The notes: generated by a model from the sequence alone, not told the origin. A stretch of DNA of 64,000 nt from Candidatus Latescibacterota bacterium (GCA_965237675.1 OZ250150.1:3136001-3200000); one strand, 5' to 3'. Shown: positions 40,256 to 50,781, counted from the first letter of the stretch. Made by a program: numbers and translations.

Positions 40256-40831
40256 ATGTCCGGCCTGATACGATCTGCTTTGACCATTGCTTTTCTGGCG
40301 GTCTGGGTGCCGGAGCCGATGGCAACCACCGTGGTTCGGTTCGCGTTCGATTCGCTATGTGAAAAAGCGGAGACGATCGCCCATGTTCAGTGTGTGTCTC
40401 GCAGCAGTTTTATGGATGACTCACGCGGCCAGATCGTAACACAGACGCGGTTCAGGGTACTGACACCGGTCAAGGGCAATCCCGGAGACGAGATTATTCT
40501 CACGCTGCCAGGAGGAACCGCAGACGGCCGTCGGTTTTTTATTCCGGGCATTCCCGAGTTCATCCTCGATGAAGAGGCTGTTCTGTTTCTTACCGGCCCG
40601 GACTTCCACGGATCGCCCTGGCCCCTGGGACTCGGACAGGGCTGTTACCGCGTGCCCGGAACGCGGGGGGGCCTCACCCAGGTCAGGATGCATCCGGGTA
40701 CCACGCCCCTGCCGGCCGGACCGCTGTTCAAGCCGGCGCTCAACCGGCCCTCTCGTCCGTTCAATGTACCGCTCCAGCAGTTTCTCCATCAGATCCGGCT
40801 GACGATTCCGGAACCGGCCGACGAAAGGTAG
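40256..40831 (+). CDS. Hypothetical exported protein
   Basis: Signal-like N-terminus; LPGG..IPGIPEF..EEAVLFL..LGQG pattern resembles modules seen before matrixin-type proteases (recall only). Confidence 0.6.
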   Translation: MSGLIRSALTIAFLAVWVPEPMATTVVRFAFDSLCEKAETIAHVQCVSRSSFMDDSRGQIVTQTRFRVLTPVKGNPGDEIILTLPGGTADGRRFFIPGIPEFILDEEAVLFLTGPDFHGSPWPLGLGQGCYRVPGTRGGLTQVRMHPGTTPLPAGPLFKPALNRPSRPFNVPLQQFLHQIRLTIPEPADER

Positions 40832-41149
40832 GATGCCGGCACCGGACCAGCGAAGTTTCACGGATCGCCGAGCTCCGTTCAGGAGACCTGTAAACGAATT
40901 CTCAAGAAACTCATTCCGGAGCATCGATTGTCACAGGATCTAAGGGATGAATCCTCGGCTTCACCTTGAGATCCTTTTTTATTTTGCTTGACTTTGAGCC
41001 GGCATTGTTGCATCATATTCGCATAGTTTATGCGCCCGCTTCTGCGCGTGTAAGGTTCTGAATTTAAGTGACTTTGGCACTTTCGGCATGCTTCGAGGGC
41101 GGCGTTATGCCCTTTTTTTGTTGGCTTCGATCCGGAAGGAGGCGTTTTA

Positions 41150-42337
41150 ATGTTCAAGCTGCATTTTGATATTCGGGATATCTTTCGCGTGGTTCGGCTC
41201 GGATGGTCCGGCAAGAAGATCTGGGTGGGCTTGTGTGGTTCGCTGATCGCGTATGCCGGATATTCCATCCTGGCCATTGTCGACCAACTTCTGGCAGGTG
41301 CCACGCTCCCGCAGGTCTGGCACCGGTACGGGTTGTTCCCCGGGCCCTCGCCAGTTCCCGCCACATTAGCGGGTACGGCGATTGACGTGATTGCAATGCT
41401 ATATGGGTGGGTAGTGATTTTTTTGACGGTTTGCATGATCTGCAAGATTACCTACCAGCAACTGAAGGGGGACGACTTTTATTCCTCGGGGGACGCGTGG
41501 GGGTTCATCAGAAAGAACTGGGGCGGCGTTGTCTGGGGGCCTGCGGCCACGCTGGCACTCTTGATCTTTTTTGTCGTCGCGGGCATCGTGATCGGGTGGC
41601 TGGCCGGAATGATTCCCTGGGCCGGAGAAGTGGCATTCGGGGTCTTTTTCATACCGATCTTTTTTGCGGCGCTGGTTGCGATTTTTATATCGATCGCGTT
41701 TGTCGTGTCCATAACGATGTCTCCCGCAGTCGTGGGGACGGTGGGCGAAGACGCGCTTGAAGTGGCCATCCAGTCCTTTTCGCTGGCCTGGAGTCAGCCC
41801 TGGCGGTTGGTCCTATATATGCTCTGGATGAAGATATCGGTCTTTATAGGTTCAGTTTTGCTGGGCACCTTTATGGCCTCCGCGTTGGGGCTGGTCAGCT
41901 GGGCTTGCGGCTTGTTTATGAAAGAAAAACTGGCGAATCTGGTCTATGTGGCAGGCCGGTTTGTTCCGTTTGACTTCACCCGCTGCGAATGGTTGTCCAT
42001 GGACATTACGGCGTTTTTACCGCCGGCCGGTACCCCGTCCGGGTCCGAACTTCTTGCAGGCGGAATTCTGGCCGTGATGTTGATTCTGCTCACGGTTATC
42101 TTCGGTTCATACGTGATGTCCGCCTATGCTTCGGGTATCAGCCTGATTTACGTAATTCTTCGTAAACGCAAGGACGATGAGAATTTGCTCGAGTGGGAAG
42201 ACGGTGCGGTGGAGGAAGGGATGGAACAGCATGACGGTGCGGAAGCGGCAGACGGCGACGCGACGGGTGATGACACGTCCGTGGAATCGGAGAATGGAGA
42301 CGGTGAGGCATCGGACACGGAAACGGAACAGTCCTGA
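41150..42337 (+). CDS. Hypothetical multipass membrane protein with acidic C-terminal tail
   Basis: AAGGAGG RBS, several TM helices, D/E-rich tail. Confidence 0.75.
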   Translation: MFKLHFDIRDIFRVVRLGWSGKKIWVGLCGSLIAYAGYSILAIVDQLLAGATLPQVWHRYGLFPGPSPVPATLAGTAIDVIAMLYGWVVIFLTVCMICKITYQQLKGDDFYSSGDAWGFIRKNWGGVVWGPAATLALLIFFVVAGIVIGWLAGMIPWAGEVAFGVFFIPIFFAALVAIFISIAFVVSITMSPAVVGTVGEDALEVAIQSFSLAWSQPWRLVLYMLWMKISVFIGSVLLGTFMASALGLVSWACGLFMKEKLANLVYVAGRFVPFDFTRCEWLSMDITAFLPPAGTPSGSELLAGGILAVMLILLTVIFGSYVMSAYASGISLIYVILRKRKDDENLLEWEDGAVEEGMEQHDGAEAADGDATGDDTSVESENGDGEASDTETEQS

Positions 42338-43352
42338 CAACCGGCATTCCGGAAACGTACTGGCGGATGTGGCGGCCGATGCGCGGCTGGCCGAGGGTCC
42401 GGAAGGCGTTCGCCGCGTGTTGAGGGCCGTTTATCGGGCAGGGACGCTGCCGGTTCGCGACCTATCGCGGGAGGCGGGTTTGCCGGTTCCCGTGGTGGCG
42501 GCGGTTCGAGGCGAGTTGGAGCGAAGGGGTTGGGTGGAGAGAAGAGGGGGTGTTGTCCTGTCTTCCGCCGGTCGGAGAGCGGTTGAAAAAGAGTTGGGTC
42601 TGGGCTGTCGACGGCGGTTTCCGAGGCCTGTTTTTCCCGCCCTGGACGACGGGATGCGTTCGTTGCATGCGCGGATGGAGGCATTTGGGGAACAGAGGCC
42701 CGCTGTAGACGTGCGGCTGGATCAATCCCATGCGACGGCGGAAACCGCGTTGCGGCGCGCCGTGTATTTATATGAGAACGACGGGTTGGAAGGGCGGGAC
42801 ATCCTGGTTCTCGGAGACGACGACCTGACCTGTCTTGCAATCGGCCTGCTGGCGGATCACCTGGGGATATCAGTGGGTTGTATGGTGGTGCTGGAATGCG
42901 ACTCACGGCTGGTGACCTATTTGAACGCCACGTCCCGTGAAACGGGACAGGCCCTCGAGGCCGTCGAACACGACCTGAGGTCGGACCTTCCGAGCGATAT
43001 TACCGGAAGGTTCGATCTGTTTTTCACCGATCCGCCCTATACACTTGCGGGGTTGTCTTTGTTTGTTTCCCGAGGGGCCGCCGGACTTCGGCCCGAGGTG
43101 GGCAAGCAGGGTTATATCTGTTTCGGCAATCGCAGGCCCGAGGAGGCGGCTGCCGCCGTCGGGACAATCACGGAGACCGGGCTGGCGCCGGTCGAGATCG
43201 TTCCGGATTTCAATCGGTATGTTGGCGCGCAAATGCTTGCCGGAGTCAGCCATATGATACGGACAGTCGCGACCGCCCGGCTACGACCCCCGATTCAAGG
43301 ATTCTACGAGGGTGCGCTGTATACGGCCGATCGGACACGGAAGACGGGATGA
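42294..43352 (+). CDS. Branched-chain polyamine synthase (BpsA)-like aminopropyltransferase with N-terminal HTH-like region; start uncertain (42294-42369)
   Basis: LDQSHAT.ET..RR, LGDDDL, HDLR, FDLFFTDPPYT, FNRY.GA. Confidence 0.8.
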   Translation: METVRHRTRKRNSPDNRHSGNVLADVAADARLAEGPEGVRRVLRAVYRAGTLPVRDLSREAGLPVPVVAAVRGELERRGWVERRGGVVLSSAGRRAVEKELGLGCRRRFPRPVFPALDDGMRSLHARMEAFGEQRPAVDVRLDQSHATAETALRRAVYLYENDGLEGRDILVLGDDDLTCLAIGLLADHLGISVGCMVVLECDSRLVTYLNATSRETGQALEAVEHDLRSDLPSDITGRFDLFFTDPPYTLAGLSLFVSRGAAGLRPEVGKQGYICFGNRRPEEAAAAVGTITETGLAPVEIVPDFNRYVGAQMLAGVSHMIRTVATARLRPPIQGFYEGALYTADRTRKTG

Positions 43353-44257
43353 ATCTGCCGTTTGAAGCCGAACCTATTCGCCCGATGCATACGGACCGAT
43401 TGCAGGCAATATTCGCGTCGGCAGTTAAGAGCGCGTGGTGTTACTACGCCCCTTTTCTCTGTTGTTTCAGCCTGCCTCCGGCTCGGGAAGTGTTCGTGGC
43501 CGAGCACGACGGCGCGCTTTGGCTTCCCGTGCGGCGGGCAAGGCGGTACGGCGGCGTATGGTTCGACCTTATCGTACCTCCGATTCCGATGTCGGTTGAA
43601 CCCCTCGTTGCCATGCTTGACGAGATGCGCGCGATCAATGGGGGGCGACGTCCACGCATTTTGTGGATCGATGAGGCGGACCGCCGGTGCCTGCCGGCGG
43701 GTCGGTTCGAGGTTCGGAGCAAGTCGTATGAATATCTGTACGATCCGTCGAAGATCGCCGAGGCCGCGGGGAGGCCGTACCGGGACCTTCGAAAGAAAGT
43801 CCGGCGTTTCCGGAGGGAGGTAAACGCCCACTTTCGTGAAATGACGTCAGCGGATGTGCCAGCCTGCCAGACGCTTCTGCGGTATTGGCGGAAACGGCAG
43901 GGGCGCAAGAGAGATTTCCTGCTTGACTGGGGATATACACGCTCGGCGTTGTCGATGTATGGCCACTGGAACGCGAGGGAACTTCAGGGCTGGTGCGTGG
44001 ATGTGGGGGGCCGGATCGCGGCCTTTGCCATCGCGGGCAGAATGCGCGCGGGGCTGGCCAATTTCTTTATTGCAAAATCGGATCCGGACGTCAGGGGATT
44101 GTCGGAATATTTGCGCATGGGGGTTTATCGGGCTCTGGCGGACTACGACCGGGTCAATGACGCCGGAGATCTGGGTCTGCCGGGATTGCGCCAGCATAAG
44201 CTGAAATTCCGGCCCGTCGCCCGGATCCCGGTGTACAGCGCGTCGATTTCGGATTGA
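43349..44257 (+). CDS. DUF2156 / aminoacyl-phosphatidylglycerol synthase C-terminal-like (GNAT-fold) protein
   Basis: EYLYD..G..YRDLRKKVRRF, AKSD..VRGL, VNDAGDLGLPGLRQHKLKFRP; ATGA overlap with the BpsA-like gene. Confidence 0.75.
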   Translation: MNLPFEAEPIRPMHTDRLQAIFASAVKSAWCYYAPFLCCFSLPPAREVFVAEHDGALWLPVRRARRYGGVWFDLIVPPIPMSVEPLVAMLDEMRAINGGRRPRILWIDEADRRCLPAGRFEVRSKSYEYLYDPSKIAEAAGRPYRDLRKKVRRFRREVNAHFREMTSADVPACQTLLRYWRKRQGRKRDFLLDWGYTRSALSMYGHWNARELQGWCVDVGGRIAAFAIAGRMRAGLANFFIAKSDPDVRGLSEYLRMGVYRALADYDRVNDAGDLGLPGLRQHKLKFRPVARIPVYSASISD

Positions 44258-44434
44258 CGATCGACCCGCGCGTCGGTATCGGCCCGGTTTGGATGCCGGG
44301 GTTCGCCGGAAAAGGGGCGTATTCCGAATGGAATGCAAGAGTACACCCGATTGGCTCCAAACCACGCTGAATGGATCGAATTCCGGCAAGGCTGGCAAGT
44401 CGTAGTATACGATCCCAAAACAAGGAGGCTGTTC

Positions 44435-45058
44435 TTGACGGCAGCGAAAGCAACCAATATTGTTTGGCATGAGGGCCATGTGGGTCGGGGGGAACGGGAG
44501 GGCCTGTTGGCACAGGAGGGGTGCCTCGTGTGGTTGACCGGTCTGCCTTCCTCCGGGAAAAGCACCATTGCTTTCACCGTCGAGCACGCGCTGGCCGCCC
44601 GCGGAAGACTGGCCTATGTGCTGGATGGAGACAATATCCGGCACGGGCTGAATAAGAACCTGGGTTTTTCGGCCGAGGACCGGGCTGAGAATATACGCCG
44701 TATCGGCGAGGTGGGGAAGCTGTTCGTGGATGCCGGGGTTCTTGCGATAAGCAGTTTCGTGAGTCCGTACAGGGCCGACAGGGACGGGGTTCGCGGATTG
44801 CTGGCCAGGGGCGATTTTATCGAGGTGTTCGTGGATACGCCGTTGGAGGTCTGTGAAAAGCGGGATCCCAAGGGGCTCTACAGGAAGGCGCGGGCGGGTG
44901 AGATTCCGGATTTCACCGGAATTTCAGATCCCTACGAGCCGCCGGAGCATCCGGAACTGGTGATAAAAGCTGCCCAATGTTCACCGCAGGAGGCAGCACA
45001 GCAGATAATCCACAACCTCGAGTCGGGTGGCAAGATACCGAAATCGAATCGGCGATAA
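44435..45058 (+). CDS. cysC: Adenylyl-sulfate kinase
   Basis: WLTGLPSSGKST, LDGDNIRHGL, RDPKGLY, FTGISDPYE; TTG start after AGGAGG. Confidence 0.95.
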   Translation: MTAAKATNIVWHEGHVGRGEREGLLAQEGCLVWLTGLPSSGKSTIAFTVEHALAARGRLAYVLDGDNIRHGLNKNLGFSAEDRAENIRRIGEVGKLFVDAGVLAISSFVSPYRADRDGVRGLLARGDFIEVFVDTPLEVCEKRDPKGLYRKARAGEIPDFTGISDPYEPPEHPELVIKAAQCSPQEAAQQIIHNLESGGKIPKSNRR

Positions 45059-45162
45059 CGCGGAATCCATTGCCGGGGCACGAACAACGGCACCCGTTTT
45101 TTTCAGCTGTGTTGGATGCCCCCAGGAGATGAGCGCGGTTTCACCGGCCCCGGCGGCTGAGC

Positions 45163-46077
45163 GTGAATACGGACATGGGCTCGGACGATCTGAGAAAACG
45201 ACTTGTAAGGCTCAATCGGGGCAGGCTCCGGAACGAACCTGAACCGGGGGCCGCCCAGACCGATGCGGTGGATTGTGGGGAAGGTGTCGTGGAGATAGCC
45301 CGGGCAGGTCTGCCCGCATCGACCGTGGAAGTGGGCCAACGGGTTACACTGGATGACGTGGCCAACGGAACCGAGATTCACAACACGGCCGGCCGCTTCG
45401 TTGAGATTCACCGTTCGTTCCGGGAACTTGCAAATGCCGGCGACGAATTGGAGGTGAGGTACGTCCGGTCGATTGCATCCTTTCCGTCCGGTCACGTTCA
45501 GGCGGGGTTCGACGGGAATTTTCACGCGCTGGAAGGCCTGGCGCCGGACGACTTGCTGTTTGTGGATATCGAGGCCACGGGGCTTTCGGCGCAAACGCCG
45601 CTATTTCTGGTCGGTGTGCTGCTGTATGCCCACGGGTGTCTCAATGTTTATCAATTGTTCGCACGAGATGAAACGGAGGAGCCGGCGGTGCTGGCGCACT
45701 TTTCCGGTCTGCTGGCCAACGCGCGTCTGGTTGTGAGTTTTAATGGCAAGTCCTACGACCTGCCGTACATTCGACACCGTTCGATGGTTCACGGTCTGGC
45801 GTGTCGATTTCCACCTGGCGATCTCGATATATTGCACGAGGCGCGCAGGCGCTGGCGCGGCCGATTTCCGAATCACAAGCTGCAGACGCTCGAGCAATGG
45901 GTCTGTCGCCGGACGAGAACCGGAGACATTCCCGGCGCCGAGATTCCTGGCGCATACGGTCTGTTTGTGCGGACCGGAAATGCGGCCGAGATTGGCCGTA
46001 TATTGCACCACAACGCGTTGGACCTGGTGACATTGGCCGAACTGATGGTTGCGATGCTGGAGGGATGTGAACCGTGA
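45163..46077 (+). CDS. RNase H-like domain protein (YprB-like exonuclease)
   Basis: FVDIEATGL, SFNGKSYDLP, LQTLE, HHNALDL. Confidence 0.85.
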   Translation: MNTDMGSDDLRKRLVRLNRGRLRNEPEPGAAQTDAVDCGEGVVEIARAGLPASTVEVGQRVTLDDVANGTEIHNTAGRFVEIHRSFRELANAGDELEVRYVRSIASFPSGHVQAGFDGNFHALEGLAPDDLLFVDIEATGLSAQTPLFLVGVLLYAHGCLNVYQLFARDETEEPAVLAHFSGLLANARLVVSFNGKSYDLPYIRHRSMVHGLACRFPPGDLDILHEARRRWRGRFPNHKLQTLEQWVCRRTRTGDIPGAEIPGAYGLFVRTGNAAEIGRILHHNALDLVTLAELMVAMLEGCEP

Positions 46078-47450
46078 TCCCGCTGGATGGGCGGCGCGTC
46101 CTGGTGATGGGCCTCGGCCTCTTCGGCGGCGGTGTGGGGGCCGTGCGTTTTCTGTGCCGGGAGGGGGCCCTGGTGACGGTTACCGACCTGCGACCGGCCG
46201 AGGCGCTCCCGGAGTCGCTGCAGGCATTGGAGTCGCTGCCTGTTGCGTACAGACTGGGTGGACATGAAGCATCGGATTTCCGATCGGCGGATTTGGTCGT
46301 GGCCAATCCTGGCGTGCCCAGGTCGTCCCGGTTCCTGAAGGTTGCCGAGAAAAGCGGAGTCCCGGTTACAACGGAGGTATGTCTGTTTGTTGAGCGTTGC
46401 AGCGCTCCGGTTGTCGGCGTTACGGGTAGCAGTGGAAAGACCACAACAACGTCTCTGGTCGGGGAGATGTTGCGGCGCAAGACGCCGCGGACGATGGTGG
46501 GCGGGAATATCGGCGGGTCTTTGCTGGATCGGTTGGAGGAAATTTCATCGGACACGCACGTCGTACTCGAACTGTCCAGCTTTCAACTGGACCGGCTGTC
46601 GGATATGGAATGGAGCCCGCAGACTGCCGTGATAACCAATTTTGCCCCCAACCACCTGGATATGCACGGCTCGTTGGAGGCCTATAAACGGGCGAAACGG
46701 CAAATAATGGCCCACCAGGGCGCACCTGATGTCGTGGTGTTGAATGGAGACGATCCTGAAGTCCGGCAGTGGGCGGGGGACGGGAGCCGCATCGTATTCA
46801 GCACGAAACGAAGGTCGGGTTGCGACGTCTTCCTGGACGACGGGGAAATTCGACATCGGGTTGGCAATTCCGAAAAGACCGTCTGCCCGTCCACGGAGGT
46901 TGCGCTTCCGGGACGTCATAACCTGGCAAACGCGCTGGCGGCGTGCGGCGCGGCGCTTTGCAACGGCGTGTGCGAGGCAGATATTGCAACCGTACTTCGC
47001 TCGTTCAGCGGCGTGCCCCACCGGTTGGAGCGGGTGGCCGATATCGGGGGCGTGACGTACTATAACGATTCGATTGCAACCAGTCCGGATCGGACGCGGG
47101 TGGCGCTTGAAGCGCTTCCGTCGGATGTGGTGTTGATCGCGGGGGGGTACGACAAGGGTCTGGCATTCGACGCGCTGGGTTGTCATATCGGACGGAAGGT
47201 GTCGGATCTGATCCTGACGGGTCAGACGGCGGACGCGATAGCGGCATCGGTACCGGGCGGGTCTTCAACACGCATTCTGTGGGTGGATTCACTGGACGCC
47301 GCCGTGTTTGCGGCAGCACGGTTGGCGGAATCGGGCGCGACCGTGTTGTTTTCTCCGGCATCCGCCAGCTATGACTCTTTTCGCAATTTCGAAGAGCGTG
47401 GTGACCGGTTCAGAAAACTGGTTTTGGATATGAGGGCTTGTGATGGCTGA
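46074..47450 (+). CDS. murD: UDP-N-acetylmuramoyl-L-alanine--D-glutamate ligase
   Basis: GLGLFGGG, GVTGSSGKTTT, ELSSFQL, NHLD, HRLE, NDSIAT, SPASASYD. Confidence 0.95.
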   Translation: MIPLDGRRVLVMGLGLFGGGVGAVRFLCREGALVTVTDLRPAEALPESLQALESLPVAYRLGGHEASDFRSADLVVANPGVPRSSRFLKVAEKSGVPVTTEVCLFVERCSAPVVGVTGSSGKTTTTSLVGEMLRRKTPRTMVGGNIGGSLLDRLEEISSDTHVVLELSSFQLDRLSDMEWSPQTAVITNFAPNHLDMHGSLEAYKRAKRQIMAHQGAPDVVVLNGDDPEVRQWAGDGSRIVFSTKRRSGCDVFLDDGEIRHRVGNSEKTVCPSTEVALPGRHNLANALAACGAALCNGVCEADIATVLRSFSGVPHRLERVADIGGVTYYNDSIATSPDRTRVALEALPSDVVLIAGGYDKGLAFDALGCHIGRKVSDLILTGQTADAIAASVPGGSSTRILWVDSLDAAVFAAARLAESGATVLFSPASASYDSFRNFEERGDRFRKLVLDMRACDG

Positions 47451-48282
47451 AACGATCGACTTGCGGGCCATCGCTCCGACCGTTGCTCGTATACTCAACG
47501 TGCGCCCGCCTGATGGCGCGGTGGCGGCGCCGATTGCCGAGGTCGTCGAGACCCTGCATACCGCCGACCGGCTTGCATTGGTGGTGGTGGACGGTTTCGG
47601 GTCGTCGTTGTGGACGCATGTTCGCGATGTCGTGCCTGTGTTGAATCGGGTCGCGGCGCTTCGGCGTCTTGAGATCCAATCCGTGTTGCCGTCGATGACC
47701 TATATTTGCATTTCCACGATGTTGACCGGCGTGTCTCCGTCCGCGCATGGCGTGACGGATCTACAGTCGATGATCCGGGTGTCCCAGTCCACCGATATGG
47801 ATACCGTATTCAACCGGGTGAAAGACGCGGGTGGCCAGACGTTGATGGCTGTGCACAAACGGGATGTTGCGGGGTTGGATGTAGAGCGGTTTGCCGACCG
47901 AACGGTCTTGGCTGAAGAACGAAATGATCTGGAGATTTACGGCCAGGTTCCGGGGATCATCGTTGAAAACTCGCCGATGTTCGCGTTTGTACATTTACTC
48001 GACATCGACGAAGCCGGTCACAGGTACGGTCCTTACGCGCAGGAGGTCCGGCAGGCGGCCAGGGGGCTGGACCGGCGTCTGAAAGGCCTGCTGGCTTGTC
48101 TTGCGGCATCCGGATACGCGGTAGTTATTGTGGCCGACCACGGAATGCACGAGTCTCCTCGAGGCGTTCCGGGCGCGGAGGGAAATCGTGGCATGCACGA
48201 TGGCTCGGTTCCAGAAGATTTGCTCATTCCGCTGCTCTGGGCGACTGCAGGAGAACTGGGTGGTATTGTAAGAGGGAAATAG
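47443..48282 (+). CDS. Alkaline phosphatase superfamily (nucleotide pyrophosphatase-like) protein
   Basis: VVVDG, PSMT..STMLTG..HG, DEAGHRYG, ADHG, HDG. Confidence 0.82.
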   Translation: MAETIDLRAIAPTVARILNVRPPDGAVAAPIAEVVETLHTADRLALVVVDGFGSSLWTHVRDVVPVLNRVAALRRLEIQSVLPSMTYICISTMLTGVSPSAHGVTDLQSMIRVSQSTDMDTVFNRVKDAGGQTLMAVHKRDVAGLDVERFADRTVLAEERNDLEIYGQVPGIIVENSPMFAFVHLLDIDEAGHRYGPYAQEVRQAARGLDRRLKGLLACLAASGYAVVIVADHGMHESPRGVPGAEGNRGMHDGSVPEDLLIPLLWATAGELGGIVRGK

Positions 48283-48286
48283 TATG

Positions 48287-48330
48287 AAAGCGAGGCCGGA
48301 CGATTCATTCGTCCGGCCTCGCTTTTTTTT
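48287..48330. terminator. Bidirectional rho-independent terminator
   Basis: AAAGCGAGGCCGGACGA-ttcat-TCGTCCGGCCTCGCTTTTTTTT. Confidence 0.88.
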
Positions 48331-48348
48331 CAATTGTACGGTCTCTGG

Positions 48349-49212
48349 TCATGCGCCGTCGGAATAGGGCATGAGTTTGCGCCGCCTCGTGGGGTGGCGG
48401 AGCTTTCGGAGCGCTTTTTCCTTGATCTGGCGGACGCGTTCCCGGGTGAGCCTGAACCGGATGCCGATTTCTTCCAGGGTCATTTCGACGTCGCCGCCCA
48501 GGCCAAAATAGAGCCGAATGACTTCCCGTTCCCTTTCCTCCAACGTATCCAGCGCCGCGAAAATCTCGTCTTCAAGTGAATTGCGCATGAGAAGGCGGTC
48601 GGGCGACTCCTGGTTTTCGTCCGTCATGATCTCGAGCAGACTTTTTTCTTCGTCTTCGCCAAAGGTCATATCGAGCGAGAGGATGCGCTGCCCGCTGGCA
48701 AGGGTATCGACAACCTGTTTGACCGAGATGCCGAGCTCCTCCGCGATTTCTTCTTCCTGAGGACGCCCGGACGTCTCCTGTTGTCGGCTATTGACGTAGC
48801 GGGCGATACGGCGAAGAAGGTCCACGCGGTTCAACGGAAGACGTACGACCCTGGAATGTTCGGCACGGGTTTGGAGGATGGACTGGCGAATCCACCAGAC
48901 CGCGTAGGAGATAAACTTGAAGCCCTTGGTTTCGTCGAATCGTTCCGCCGCCGTGATGAGCCCCAGGTTGCCTGCACTGATTAGATCGGCCAGCGGCACG
49001 CCCTGGTTCTGATATTCACGGGCCACTGTAATGACAAACCGAAGATTGGCCTCGACAAGCTTTTTGCGGGCTTCGAGGTCGCCCTTCTTGATGCGGCGGG
49101 CGAGGATGACTTCCTCCCGGGCCGTCAATGGTTGGGATGTGGCAACGTCTTCCAGGTAGCGGTGCAATGAATCTTTCACCTCATGGCGGTAGATTCCGCT
49201 TTTTCTTGCCAC
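48349..49212 (-). CDS. RpoD/SigA-family sigma70 factor lacking region 1.1
   Basis: LVEANLRFV, DLISAGNLGL, KFISYAVWWIRQ, MTLEEIG..TRERVRQIKEKALRKL; GTG start after GAGGTG. Confidence 0.93.
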   Translation of the reverse strand: MARKSGIYRHEVKDSLHRYLEDVATSQPLTAREEVILARRIKKGDLEARKKLVEANLRFVITVAREYQNQGVPLADLISAGNLGLITAAERFDETKGFKFISYAVWWIRQSILQTRAEHSRVVRLPLNRVDLLRRIARYVNSRQQETSGRPQEEEIAEELGISVKQVVDTLASGQRILSLDMTFGEDEEKSLLEIMTDENQESPDRLLMRNSLEDEIFAALDTLEEREREVIRLYFGLGGDVEMTLEEIGIRFRLTRERVRQIKEKALRKLRHPTRRRKLMPYSDGA

Positions 49213-49722
49213 GAAGATCACCTCGAATGAATGTGCGATTGGTGGGTGGGATTCTGTCGCCGGCGGGAGGAAGTATGACATATCACCAATTCGAATATTT
49301 CGCGTTTCTTGGGAGATGTCAAGCGAAATTTCCAATGCGGACTCCGAATATCCGATTTTGGTTCCGCACGTCCTGTTGAGGGGAGATGAGCAACGGAAAA
49401 TTTGGGTCTCTTTGTCGATATATCTGGCTGTTCAACACCGGTGTTCAGCCGCAAATCAGGCTTCCCCAACGGGACCCGCTTGACTGTGTCTTGAGTTTGG
49501 CATAAATTACGCATCGCTCCTTCAGACCCGGGTACCCGTCATCATGATGTATGTGTCGATACGACGCCGTTCCCGGGGTGCGGAGGCCACGTCGAAACGC
49601 CGGTCGGTCTGCCGGACAGAAGCGGGCAGGCGCCGGGCGCCGCGTGGCCCGCGCCGGGTCGTCGGCCTCAGAAAGGCGCGCAGGCCTTGGCAGTCTAAAT
49701 TACGGCGTGTGGAGGGATTCCA

Positions 49723-50781
49723 ATGGATGTGTCAATTGATCGTTCCCGTTTCTTGGGGTTGCTGAAGAAACTTCTGGTGGCCCATGCGCCTCCCGGAGCC
49801 GAAGGCGAAGTCGACAGAATCGTGATGGAAGAGGTGCGACCCTTTGCGGCATCGGTCTGGCAGGATGCTGCCGAGAGCATCGTGGTACATATCAAGGGCC
49901 GTGGGGATGGCGCGCCTGTTGCCGTCACGGCGCATAAGGATGAGATTGCACTCATAGTGAAGCGGATCCAGGACGATGGACGTCTCCGCGTCCGTCCCCT
50001 GGGTGGCCTCCATCCATGGGCGGTGGGCGAGGGGCCCGTGGATATTCTCACCGAAGGCGAACCTGTGGCGGGCATACTCTCCGTGGGGTCCAAGCATGTC
50101 ACCGAAGAAAGTCCGGCCGGTCCTCTGAGGACGGGCATGGCGATAAAGTGGGAGACGTTCTGGATCGAGACCAAGCGCTCTGCCCGTGAACTGCGAGAAC
50201 TAGGTGTGCATCGCGGCAGCAAGGCGGTGCTGGCGAGGTCCCGCAAACAGCCCATGTTTATAGGCGATTTTATCTGCGGATACAATCTGGACTGCAGGGC
50301 CGGCTTGGCCATCCTGCTCGAGGCGGCCAGGCAACTGGCGGAAACGCCCCCGCCGTGCGATGTGTACCTTGTCGCAAGTTCCGAGGAGGAGATCGGCGCG
50401 CAGGGCGCAGTTTATTCGATTGGACAACTGCCCGCTCAGACCGTAATCGCGCTGGATATCGCACCGGTGGCCGAGGAGTATCAGATTGAAAACTGCGGAA
50501 ATCCGGTTTTGCTTTACGGCGATGCGTCGGGGGTTTACCACGAACGGACGTTGCGTCACCTGGAGCGGCTGGCAACTCGATCGGGGTTCGAAACGCAGCC
50601 TGCTGTTGTGAGTTCCTATGGCAGCGACGCCAGTATATCGAAGCGGGCGGGGTCGGCCGGCCGGTCGGCCTGCATAGCGTATCCAGGAGAGAATACGCAC
50701 GGGTACGAGATCTGTTCGATGGATGGGATTCTCAATTCAGCGCGCCTGCTGATGACGGCTTTGAGGCATCCCCTGGATTGA
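49723..50781 (+). CDS. M42 family metallo-aminopeptidase
   Basis: TAHKDEI, NLDCRAG, EEEIG, ALDI, NTHGYE. Confidence 0.88.
   Translation: MDVSIDRSRFLGLLKKLLVAHAPPGAEGEVDRIVMEEVRPFAASVWQDAAESIVVHIKGRGDGAPVAVTAHKDEIALIVKRIQDDGRLRVRPLGGLHPWAVGEGPVDILTEGEPVAGILSVGSKHVTEESPAGPLRTGMAIKWETFWIETKRSARELRELGVHRGSKAVLARSRKQPMFIGDFICGYNLDCRAGLAILLEAARQLAETPPPCDVYLVASSEEEIGAQGAVYSIGQLPAQTVIALDIAPVAEEYQIENCGNPVLLYGDASGVYHERTLRHLERLATRSGFETQPAVVSSYGSDASISKRAGSAGRSACIAYPGENTHGYEICSMDGILNSARLLMTALRHPLD

Noticed and set aside
49498-49513. Sigma54-like TGGCAT-N5-ACGCA upstream of the M42 peptidase
   Set aside because: The -12 element is imperfect, and an overlapping sigma70-type TTGACT-17-TAAATT explains the site equally well.
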